From: Perkinsus chesapeaki ATCC PRA-425
Lineage: Eukaryota > Protista > Perkinsozoa
DNA length: 59,497 nt
Assembly: GCA_013115145.1 (NCBI GenBank)
Contig: JAAPAO010000162.1
Span: forward strand, 1 to 59,497
Reading direction: 5' to 3'
Position 1 is the stretch's first letter; every line of letters begins with the position of its first letter. Positions 22,481-33,045 of the stretch are shown one piece after another. The notes under the pieces were generated by a model. It was not told the origin of the DNA. It worked only from the letters and a program-made list of their open reading frames with translations, and made no database searches. The position numbers and the translations under genes were made by a program.

Positions 22481-24529
22481 ATGCTCTTCGCCCGCCCCAG
22501 GAGCACCCGGAGCTTCGACTCTACCCGCCCTCAGACACGAGCCGACAATTCCCGTCCCAGCACTAAGACAGTGTATCGGACGTCTTTGGGATCCCTGAGG
22601 GAGCGTCCACAAACCTGCAATGAAATCTCAGCCGAGTTGGACAGAGTGCGGAGGCCCAGCTCAGAGGTGAACCCTTCGGCTATTCGGCGAGGGTCTCGAT
22701 TGAAGCTGGAAGAGTGGCCTTTTCATAAGGAGGATGCAACCGAACCCACAGAGGCTGCAATAGGGGCCGAAAATGATGTCGAGGGGAGCGAGAGTGACGT
22801 ATCGGAGGTTGCCAGTATAAACGACTACCCTGTGGTTGGCGACGAACTAGAGCGGCATATGATGAGCCAGCTATTCGAGGGAGCCAGAGGGTCCCTACCT
22901 TCATGGTATTCCAACCAGATTGAGGGTGAAAAAGGAATCAATAGGAAGCCGTCGATTCAGCCGGCAGAGCGATGCCGGCGGAGGTCGGCCGTGGTAGTGA
23001 ACTACCGAACTAGAATGATGAAGGCTATGAACGGCATCTTGGACGTGATGGCTGTGGAGGGCAGGCGCGGTCAGCTCGTACCAGACTTTGTGGTTTGGTG
23101 GCTTCTATCTCTGATTGGTCAGAAGACCGCAGTGGATGTCTTCGAGGCAGCTAATGAGCCTTGTCTTCCGGTGGGGTATGTCGTGGACTCTATACTGATA
23201 CCAAGGGTTATAGGCAACAGTTCGGGGATGGCAAAGAAAGTTGGTAGAGCAGCCAGGCATATAGCTCGACAGATCAGAACCTACATCGAGGAGGATGTCA
23301 GTGTTCTATGGCAGGCGGAGGAGGAGCGGCAAGACGCCACTCGTTCCCAGGAGCCCACGGTGATACCTCCCCTGCCCAGGGGCGATGGATGGCCGCCGTT
23401 GCCCCACAATGATTGGGTTGAGGCCGTCGAGAGCTGGCGAGCTCTATGTCGACAAGAATTGGCGGATCCGGCCACTCGCACTCTGCTGGAACGATCTCTG
23501 CAGGTATCGCTCTGGCATGGGGTTTACTGTTGTGTGCACCCGAGTGTCCGTAGTTGGGCTACATCGATGCGAAGCGACTTGATCGCCTTATTCTGGGAGT
23601 TCGCGGATTGGCCTAGTTGTGTTGGCGGCAAGCACATGTCGCTCCGTGGCCTGAAGCAGCTGCTGCAAGCGATGGGCCTTTACCCTGGAGAGCTGCCCGA
23701 GTTCATCGTCGGCCTCATCTGGAAAGACGCCAAGTGCCTGGAAAAGCTGGAACAGGTTGAGCAGGGTGCCTCTTGGTCGTATCCGTCCAGCAAAAGAGGT
23801 AGCAGTGGCAGGGGTCGAAGTAAGAAGAAAGCAGGAGGCGACCCGTACAAGTGGATAACTGATACTCTCGCCGATGGAGCTCACCAGACCGACCAAACTG
23901 ATGTGGCCGTTAAGATCCTGGATGGCCTGGAGACCTTCACTCGGGAGTATACATGTGCAGTTGGGGACGTATTTGACCCTTTCGCCGAAAAAGGCGGTAA
24001 CGTTCCGGTGGGGAAGTTCATATTCGCCTGCGATACCTATTGCAATATAAAGGAGTTGGCCGGGATCGAACCTGCGACCTTTGTGAAGGCACTGTCGCTG
24101 CTTGACTCCGACTTTAACCCGAACAAAGGCACCTTGCGGGTAGCTGCCTTGGACGTGGCCCTGAGGCGCTACTGCCACGCCAAGATGCGCCTTGGCGGCC
24201 CCAGGGTGCCCGAGTTCAGACGGGCGATGGACAGTTGGGACCCCCTAGTTGTGTTCGGCCCGACGGCGATGGCGGAGTGTCTCGTAAGACTGGCGGCATT
24301 TAGGATGAGGACGTTGGGGAATGTGGTGCAAAGGAAGGCCGCTCCGAAGGACTACTGTGCTTGGTTGGAGATGCTAATAAAAGGAATTAAAAAATATAAA
24401 GTGACGTCGCCGGGGTTCGAACCTCCGACTATCGACACCACCTTCTCGGCTATTGCGGTCTCGGGCAGTCTGTCTGAGGACAGTAGTGAGGTTGACGTGG
24501 AATCTGCGACCAGCCATGGCATGCCATGA
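22481..24529 (+). CDS. Hypothetical protein (682-aa ORF, helical; possible extra 5' exons from ~22130)
   Basis: Long uninterrupted ORF with low-complexity N-terminus and globular Trp/Leu-rich core. No family recognised. Confidence 0.75.
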   Translation: MLFARPRSTRSFDSTRPQTRADNSRPSTKTVYRTSLGSLRERPQTCNEISAELDRVRRPSSEVNPSAIRRGSRLKLEEWPFHKEDATEPTEAAIGAENDVEGSESDVSEVASINDYPVVGDELERHMMSQLFEGARGSLPSWYSNQIEGEKGINRKPSIQPAERCRRRSAVVVNYRTRMMKAMNGILDVMAVEGRRGQLVPDFVVWWLLSLIGQKTAVDVFEAANEPCLPVGYVVDSILIPRVIGNSSGMAKKVGRAARHIARQIRTYIEEDVSVLWQAEEERQDATRSQEPTVIPPLPRGDGWPPLPHNDWVEAVESWRALCRQELADPATRTLLERSLQVSLWHGVYCCVHPSVRSWATSMRSDLIALFWEFADWPSCVGGKHMSLRGLKQLLQAMGLYPGELPEFIVGLIWKDAKCLEKLEQVEQGASWSYPSSKRGSSGRGRSKKKAGGDPYKWITDTLADGAHQTDQTDVAVKILDGLETFTREYTCAVGDVFDPFAEKGGNVPVGKFIFACDTYCNIKELAGIEPATFVKALSLLDSDFNPNKGTLRVAALDVALRRYCHAKMRLGGPRVPEFRRAMDSWDPLVVFGPTAMAECLVRLAAFRMRTLGNVVQRKAAPKDYCAWLEMLIKGIKKYKVTSPGFEPPTIDTTFSAIAVSGSLSEDSSEVDVESATSHGMP

Positions 24530-24651
24530 GTGATTTTGTTGCCCCTCTTGATGCTTCGAGTTGTAGTGTGCATTCAAACTGATGTCGGAAATCCTCGCCT
24601 CTCAGTTGTAGTTTTCTCATCTAGAACGTTCTGTGATCTCACGGTCGCTGC

Positions 24652-26809
24652 ATGACGACCTATGACGAAGCTAAACCACGCAGCAGCAGCGGTGGTGGTG
24701 GTGCTGCTGCTGCCGAACGACACACAATTCTGACCAAGGCCGAGAGGACCATGTCTGCCTCCACTGCGGCTGATATGGGCAGCCCCTCAGCGATCCCTAG
24801 AAGTGCAGAGGAAAAGCGACCTCGTCGGGAATCCGAGGACTCGGTGAAGTCCAAGCTCGAGCTGGCTATCAGGAGGGTCCGTCTCTGATGCTTCGCTCCG
24901 CTAGATTATAGTGTCATTTTTAGACGTCATGTTCACCTCTCACAAACGCAGGCACTAAATCAGCTCCGGATGGCACACTTTTGGTGTACCGGACTGAGAG
25001 TATGGCAACTGCCGTGAAGGTAGGAAAGGTCTCGAGTTCGATCCTCGGTTGCGACAACTTTACTCATAGGCAAATGCGTTCTTGAAGACCAAGATGTGCC
25101 CTAAGCTAAGAATGACTTCTAATGGCGAATGGGCTTGCCCCCAAGGGGACCGTTGCAGGTGGGGTCACCGTGGTGGGGTTAGTTGGTTAATAATATACTA
25201 TTTCATTGAGAAAGATTATGGGATATACTGTGATAGTGGAAGTGAAGTATCTACCGAGGCCTGAAGCTTATCCTCTTCCTCAAAGGTTGAAGCTCTTGGT
25301 TTTATATCGATCAAACTGGATATTCTATTTTTCGCACTATCAATATTATCTTTTGCACATTGCCAGTTTCGCCCACTCCGAATCGGAACTGAGGTCATTA
25401 CCAAATCTTACCAAGACAGCTATCTGCTATGAGCAAGTGTACGGCAAGTGTGGATGTAAAAATGGCTCCCGGTGCAAGTAAGCTGAAGCTAAAAGTATCT
25501 TTCAAGATACTTTCGACCTCAGATATGCGCACAGCGAAGAAGAGCTGAGGAAATATGTACCTCAAGCGGGCGCCACCAGCCGCCATCAGCAAGGGGGCCG
25601 ATCGCCCATCCACCCAAAGTAGCACCAATTCCGTTCGCCACTCTTCTTCACTGTCCCTCCCGTCAGACACGGTAGTGGTGACTCTACTACGGGCTGGCTT
25701 AAGAGGAAAGGCTCGAGAGCAAGCGAGGTAACGATGCGTCAAACTCAGTCTATTCAATATTCTACTCAGAGCGCCGCACTCTCTGGCGGAAGTGGCAGAC
25801 GATACAGCAAGGACAGCGCATCTTCTGGTGTTAAGCACGTCACTGAGCAAGAGCCGCAACCGAAGCCTATCGACCTTCCCGCCCTCCGCGCAAGAGCTTT
25901 GGAGGTTCACCCTACCACTTGGTCGGTTGATTCAGCGTACTGCTTTCAGATTGCCTGTGAGCTGCCGGATAGTGCTGGAAAGCATCTTGAGATATCCAAA
26001 GCTCAACTTGTAGATTTGGAGGACGATCCTTGCATTCAGCAGTAGGCTGAATGAGTATCTTTAAAATCTTCACAGTGCGCATCATGCAAGATACCTTTGT
26101 TCGATCTGCGGTGCTTTGGCTTCTCCGACCCCCGATCCCACTATTGCCTCCTCGTGTACCCATGTCACCTGTGCCAGGTAAGCCCATAGTTCCCGGTAGT
26201 CTCCACATCCTCTTCAGATGTTTTGAAGGTTGGAGGCGAGCCAACGTCGAGCAAGAGCCCAAGCTGAAGACTCTGCCGTGTCCGGCCTGTGGCTGTCCAC
26301 TGAGGAAAGGGGTTGATGTAGGCCCATGACCGCCTCCTCCGCCGTCATCTGCCGTGGTGTATCGTATTCCAGGTTTTCCCCCTTGACGAGTCGGTAGAAG
26401 GTCCTATAGCCGCCCTCAGAAGAGTCTACTCCAAGATACAAATCAACTGCCGGAAGTGCGCCGCCGTATTCCTCCTTCGTATTGCACTGGTGGCCCTCTC
26501 AGGACCGACGACATCACTGCCGTGCCCTGCGAGTGGGTCGGTAGTGTTCGAGACTTCCCAGAGCATATGGTCGTCTGTCACCACTGGGAATGCACACTGA
26601 AATGCTTGCCGACATCTGCACCGGATGAAGATACCGTAGCAAGTGCCAAGCCGGCGTTCTCGGGAAATCGTGAGCAGCTCGTCACTGCGATTTTACCATA
26701 CATCGGTTCCTCTTCAGCTCTCCAATCCCTTGACGGTCCACCGCGTCTGTGGGAGGATATCCTTGCTTCATCATCAGGGCTCAGTGAACCACCGGTGAGC
26801 TCCTTCTAA
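24652..26809 (+). CDS. Tandem CCCH zinc fingers + C3HC4 RING + TRAF/Sina-type zinc finger (putative RNA-binding E3 ligase); may extend to 28468
   Basis: CCCH1 KTKMCPKLRMTSNGEWACPQGDRCRFAH and CCCH2 LPNLTKTAICYEQVYGKCGCKNGSRCKYAH. Intron 26042-26075 joins in frame to RING CSIC-x15-CTHVTCARC-x19-CPAC, then RRVYSKIQINC and CEWVGSVRDFPEHMVVC. Confidence 0.78.
25020..25069 (+). other. 50-nt intron containing a sense tRNA-like 3' end
   Basis: Splicing gives TAVK|ANAFLKTKMC. Intron holds AGGTC-TCGAG-TTCGATC-CTCGG-TTGCGAC-A: a fully paired T-arm, 7-nt acceptor strand and discriminator. Confidence 0.55.
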
Positions 26810-26844
26810 TACTACTACTACTACTACAACTACTACTACTACTA
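26810..26844 (+). repeat. (ACT)n trinucleotide microsatellite
   Basis: tactactactactactacaactactactactacta with one interruption. Confidence 0.9.
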
Positions 26845-27130
26845 TTCGCTGCGACTGTTAATAAGACTGGACTTCACGCTGACTCTTGGTGGCACCAATG
26901 TAAAGTACTAGTACTGTAGCGCTTTACTCTTTTATTATCATCATTTTGTTGTTTAACTGTGGGCAAATATGGAAGATACTTCACTTTACCGTCATTATAC
27001 TTCATTCGACTTCACCAGATTGTATGTGACTATCTCGATTATACATTCAAAAACATTGTATGTCTTTAATGGTGTAGTTGTATTATAGGGTGGCCGCCTT
27101 CACACTTCGGAGGTTGCCCCCCCCCCAGTT

Positions 27131-28468
27131 GTGACCCAATATACCGTATTTCCTGTACTGTGCAAATGTGTAATAACTTCCTATCAGATCCTGTCCCCCT
27201 CCGGTCCTCCTTCGTCGGCCCTCCCACCTCATGACATGTCGACTCGTCGTGGTCAATGCGACTTTTCTGCAAGTCCGTCTACCACCGCTACCGTAATAGA
27301 GTCGGCTCCTGCTCCTGCGGCTGCCAACTTCACGCTTACATTACCATTAGATACCGATGACCAATAGGATATGGGCATCGTCAGCATCAACGCATCACAT
27401 CGACGAGTACTCGGCAACTAGTTCCATCTGTTCGGATATGTTCGTCACCGGCCCTACACCAGACAGGCTCACTGCCACTTCTACCGTTCTCGATGACGAT
27501 GCGGAGTAGGGGCGGCTGTGGGGTTCGAACTCGGTATCTCTTATTCAGGGTTGACTCCGTTTACTGTGAGGTCATATGCTCTTTCTTGCCCTATGGCTCG
27601 TCGGCCGATAAGATGCTTAGCATGACAGAAGGGGAAGTTTTGTTGTAAGAATGTCGGTCCTCCCTCGAGCATTTTCGCCCCACGCACGCGCACGTTGTCG
27701 AAGTCAACTGGCAGAGTTCCCCAAATAACTTTTAATCTCCTTGACAGGAGCACCATTATTCCACGACCGAATCGAACCGATTGTTGAGTAATTTTATAAT
27801 GTCGAGACATGTAAAAATCGACGGTCGTTTTGTAAAAAAATTATCGGCAACATTTGTGAGTGGCCACAAGCTGGCACGTTAACCTTAATTATTCACCAGG
27901 AAGATCATGAATCTCCCAGGTACAGCTCTGCAACCGACGATGGTCAGTGGTCCCTAGTTAAACGACAGTCCACAGGAGAACAAGGTTGGGTCCCTACAGG
28001 GTAAGACAAATGTGCCTTTGGCTCGCGGTTCCTAGAGTCCTATCAAGGTACCTGCGAGCTGCTGCTTTGACGGAGCAGGAAGAAAGCGTCCATGACTATA
28101 GCCCTGCCGATGTGGATAGCCCAGTTGGGCCGCCCTGCGGTATATTTGAGCAAGATGATCTACACAGTCTACGGTGCTCCACCACTGCCGCCGCCGACGA
28201 CGACGACAACGGCCTTGCAGTCAAGAACGCCTTGCTTCCCGCGACCGATGATACCTTTGGTTGCAGGAATGTCTCGGAGATATATTATACCGATGTTAAA
28301 GCAGGAGGAGCGGCAACGAACAGTGGTTGTGATGATACCTGTGAAACGCCACCATTTGAAACGGCCCAGATGAGGAATGAACAACAGCACTCTAATGATG
28401 GGTTTTATTTCAACTATTCCTTCTACCCACCAACAGGGCCTAACTACTATGGCCCAGTTTGGTCCTAA
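27131..28468 (+). CDS. Low-complexity exons, probably the C-terminal part of the CCCH-RING gene
   Basis: Same-strand Ser/Thr/Pro/Asp-rich open segments flanked by GT/AG, ending YYGPVWS* at 28468. No independent start found. Confidence 0.4.
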
Positions 28469-29570
28469 GGACGACGAGGTTTAATAATAGCAACTTGAGG
28501 AGCATTTCAGATGACGACGACGCTTTACCAGAATCAAGGTTAGATGACGATCGGTGAAGAAAAGTCAATAATCTTGCTTTGTTTTGCATGTCTAGACTAT
28601 TTAAAATCTGGTGCTTTGTTACTATTGCTGCTACTGTTAATTGTTGTTGTTGCTATCATCATCATCATCCTATCAAACGTTATACCTCGTCGTCATGATC
28701 AGTGTTATAACCAAGAATCTGTTATGCAGCCTTAGTGCTCCAACACACTATATCATTCGATTGAGCCGCCAAATAGATTTCATATCTGTCGAGAGTTTTT
28801 ATCCTGATGCGTGCTCAACGTCCATGTCTGTCCAGTCTATGCTAAAGTAGATTGACCTGAATAGGGTTAACAACAGTAAGGTCACGTTCCCAAAGTGATC
28901 AGCGACTACCTTAATCTTCTATCCACCATTACAGCTTCCGTCATCGTAACCATCACTCTCCGTATGCCTGCTCCCGTTTGTTGCTCGAGTTGTGATGCTA
29001 GTGGTATACAGTTAGCAGCATGCAGAGTGATTGGTTACTACTGCTACTGTTGTACTTGTTGTGAATTACTTATCGAGCCCCCTTCTAACTACCAAAGCTC
29101 CGTACCTCGTGTGATGGTATTGGCGAAATGGGGTCGCCTCATGGCGGCTTCCGACATGCATCTATGTAATCCCAAATCTTGCCCCTATTGGTCGGTACTA
29201 TAAAAGCCTCCGGTCGATATGAGTATGGTTGACCACGTTGGTGATCTATAGGTTAAGAGCAGCTGTTGATCATAAGTTAAGCTTGCCATTCTGTTTACTC
29301 GGTCAAACTTAGCTCCATCCATCGTGCCGTGGCTTCTTCTGGAGGGCGACCAAAGCTCGAAACATCTTGCGTTCAGTCAGTTAATACTAGCCTTCCAAAC
29401 CAACTACGCTGTTGGGAATCTCACTCCGCTATTCTCATTGGTCCCCTACACTAGGTCTCGGATACTCAGGCCGATCCTGGGCCGATATACGGGACGCATT
29501 TTCCCTTAGAATACTTAGCAATCCTATACTGCCCTTCGAGGTGAACACTGTGTAGATTCTTGCTTCCAAA

Positions 29571-32500
29571 ATGGTACTGGGGCGCGGTAATAATGTGAAG
29601 GTCATCGTGAGAACTAGACCGACAGCCCTCTTCTCCAAGGACCACTATAACTTCGACACAAAGGCTGATGTAGGAGCATCTCTATTGACAGCCGTGTACT
29701 TGCTACGGCAGTCGGTGGATCTCACCTCTCCAGAAGTAGCGACCAAAAAGAAAGAAGGAAGTCATGGTGTTGACAACCAGGCCGATCAGTGGCATTTTCA
29801 AGTCGACAAACTTTTAGTCGGCGCCAGGTCGGATAGTATAATAAATGCTCCCTCGGAGATTTCGTCTCAGCCAGCAGGACGTCTACACTTACGCGGCTCG
29901 AGACCTAGTCCGGTCAGCGTTCGATGGAGTAAATGGCGCCATCATCGCATACGGACACACAGTAGGGCTGCCGCCGTCTACGTTTGTTGCTACCGATGGT
30001 GGCAGGGGGCCGGCAAGACGTACACGATGGTTGGTAGCACCAGCAGCTTTGAGCACCGAGGTATCATACCAAGAGTGCTGACGGACATATTCAGGGAGAA
30101 GGCACAAAGACCAGCCATGAGCATCGACATCAGTCTGTCGTACCGATTACTTTATTCCCTTTCTGCGGATTTGAAAAACGCTTCCGTAGATATCTTGAAA
30201 TCTACAACGAAGCATTGTCGGACCTGCTCGCTCCCATCGAAGCGGGTCCCCATCTTGACCGTGTCGCTGCCAACCAACTTACCGTGTTCGAAGATACCAT
30301 CAAGGGAGTTCAGGTTACCACAGATTTAGCCAATCTCGGTCGGAGAGTGCTAATAGGTGAAAGGCCTTCGCAACGTTGCTATTGATAACGAGGAGGATGC
30401 CCTCTCTGTCTTCTATACTGGAGAGGGGCATAGAGTAATGGGAGAGACACTATGCAACAAGAAGAGTACAAGAAGCCACGCCATCCTCACTGTGTAGTGT
30501 ACATCGCTCTACTGAACACAGTGGAGCATCTCAGCTATATAACGAGCCGAAGCAAGCTGGATTCTTCAGAGAAGATAACCTACTCCAAGCTGCACTTGGT
30601 GGACCTAGCCGGCAGCGAGCGGTCTAAAGTACTTGAAACCCCCCGCCCTCCCATTTTAACTGAAGTACAGGGAGTTACGGCCCCTCCGTCCGAGACAGAT
30701 AAGAAAGAAGTCAGCAGCATCAACAGGAGCTGTGCGTATCTGGAGCAGGTCGGTGTCGCGGCGTTCCTCTTAATGACTTTGTCTCAGGTGGTGCTGGCTT
30801 TGGCATCAAAGGGTCGGGATCACGTCCCTTACAGACAGTCTAAGCTAACATACATCCTCAAAGATTCCCTCGGAGGGAACTGCAGTAAGAAAAATCTTCG
30901 AAGTCCAACTCAGCAGCTTGCTCAGAATCTGTACTCGTAGCAGCTATATGGCCCGAGGCGAGGCATTTCGAGGAGACTGCCGGTAAGAAAAACTACGACC
31001 CACGAATACCCGCCGAAGTCCTATTCCTGTATTAGACTTGTTGTATTGATTGCAAGTATGGTTAAAGTGTCTCAAGTAGCAATAAGTGCAGGTACTTTGC
31101 GATTCGCGTGTCGGATGCGTCGAGTGTCCAACTCGCCGGCGGTCAACATTGACATGGATGCGAGCTTGTTAATAAGGAAGTACGAGAAGGATATCAAACA
31201 GCTTCAGCAAGAGCTAGAGATGCATGACATACTGGCAGGCCGGCAAAGAATCCAGTGAGCTCTCAGCGCAGTGTAGGATTGAGGGGCGGCAATGCTTAGA
31301 TACGATGAATACACTCCCGAGGAGGTCGAAGAGTTGGAGAAGCAGATTGTTCAGTACTTGAGTGGCGAAGACTCAGACTTCCAAGTCGAATCTATTAGAC
31401 AAGTCACGGAGGCATTCAAGATAGCCCGAAGACTGTAAGGATTCCTTACTAAGGAATCGTAGAGCTGGGAATGGGAGAAGAAGTATCAATCGGAATAGCA
31501 TGAAGATTTAGGGTGGTCTGAGAAGTTCTTCAAATCGTATCCTATCTAAAATAGGCTATGTTCTTATAACAGGTATCAACAGCTATCGAGTGACTTGGCC
31601 TCAGCCAAAGCTATGCAAGAAGCTGGGCAAAGTGATGCCAACCCCCCTGGCGGTGACCGCAAGGAAGAATCGACGTCGCAGCCGGCAGATTCCGCCAAAA
31701 GGGTGAGCGCTCACGAGTTACGGTTGTCAATATGTATTCGTTAGGTGGGTGAGGAAGTGAAGGAAGGACTGGGATTCTCAGTTGGACTAGCTGGAGACGA
31801 TGGTATTGCTGCCCCGCCTGCATCCCAGCAACCAGGTCAGCTATCGACAACATATAGGCTCACGGCACGCTTTATCAGACCAAACCGAAGGCGTGGCAAC
31901 GGAGCAGACTGGCAAGCGTGCGCCAAAGCCCGCTCCTTCCCGTCAAGTTGTGAGAGTGTTTGGCACAGTCAGCCAGGCAAGATGCTGCATTAGGCGTTCG
32001 CGGAGTTCAAGCAGCAACAAGGCCGGCGATACGATGACCACCACCGAGAACTTGTGACGCATTTAAAGGAGGTTCGGTCTGAACTTCGAAAGTCAAGAGA
32101 CAGCTGCTCCCTTATTTAGCTGAAAAGTGAAGTCCGAAGCGTTGCGGGCACCATCAATTCCACTGTGGACGAACTGGAAAAAGCGAAGGTCGAGCTGGCG
32201 CAGCTACAGGGTACGTTGATTAAGAATGACATTTTAAATTCGGCGTTATAATAAGGATCAGCCTCTGAACGAGAGATTGACGACTCGGGCAATATTATTC
32301 TGGACGAAGATGAGTATCGACTACTGCGTGAACTAGCGGAAGGGAAAAAGAGGTTGGATCGCTTTCGCAGCATGGCTGTCACTCGTGGCCATAGGTACCA
32401 TAGTCTCATAGACAAGCATTGTGCAATCCAAAAGGATATTGAGCAATGCCAGATGAAGATAGCTGAAAATAAAAGAGACCTTTTGGACTCCTTTGCTGTC

Positions 32501-32845
32501 TGGTGCCTGAAAGTTAGCATTCTTTATCGCCGATTTTTGGCCCCAGTTCTCCCTTAGGAATATAGTGGTGCACCTTTCGAGGCATCCAGCGAGCCGAAGG
32601 CCACTAGCGATGTAGGCGAATTATTTCACTTCAGCTTGCTAAACCGATGCTTTAGGGAAGCCAGAGACGCGGTCGCGATGACATAGGGGAGCAATTCGAT
32701 AGTTTGGAGAGCGCCAGAGTCCAGAGGACGTATGAACTGTATGACCGCCGCCTTAACCGCAGCCATGCTTCTCAGCCACCCCGATGCCATGCCTTTCCAT
32801 CGAGCTACCAAGGGGAGTCATCGCTCACGGAGCCCAAGGAAATGA
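29571..32845 (+). CDS. Kinesin-9 family motor (KIF6/KIF9-like), multi-exon
   Basis: VKVIVRTRP; P-loop YGHT|GAGKTYTM; RGIIPR; switch I NKKSTRSH; SKLHLVDLAGSER; HVPYRQSKLTYILKDSLGGNC; coiled-coil stalk; KIF9-like tail (LLDSFAVW...EQFDSLE...PFHRATK). Confidence 0.9.
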
Positions 32846-33045
32846 ATTGTGTCTGTCGTGAATTAAATTGTCTTGAGTTCTACTGTAAATCTCGTTGCCG
32901 CCAGACATGAATTCTTTGCAGTGCGCAAAAGTATCTTTGCCGTTTCCACTGTTCCTCTACTGTTACACAACGCCGTCACTGATACATCACAGATTCACAG
33001 TAACATGAGTAACTTGGTACGATATGGTTACATAGGTTTATCAAC

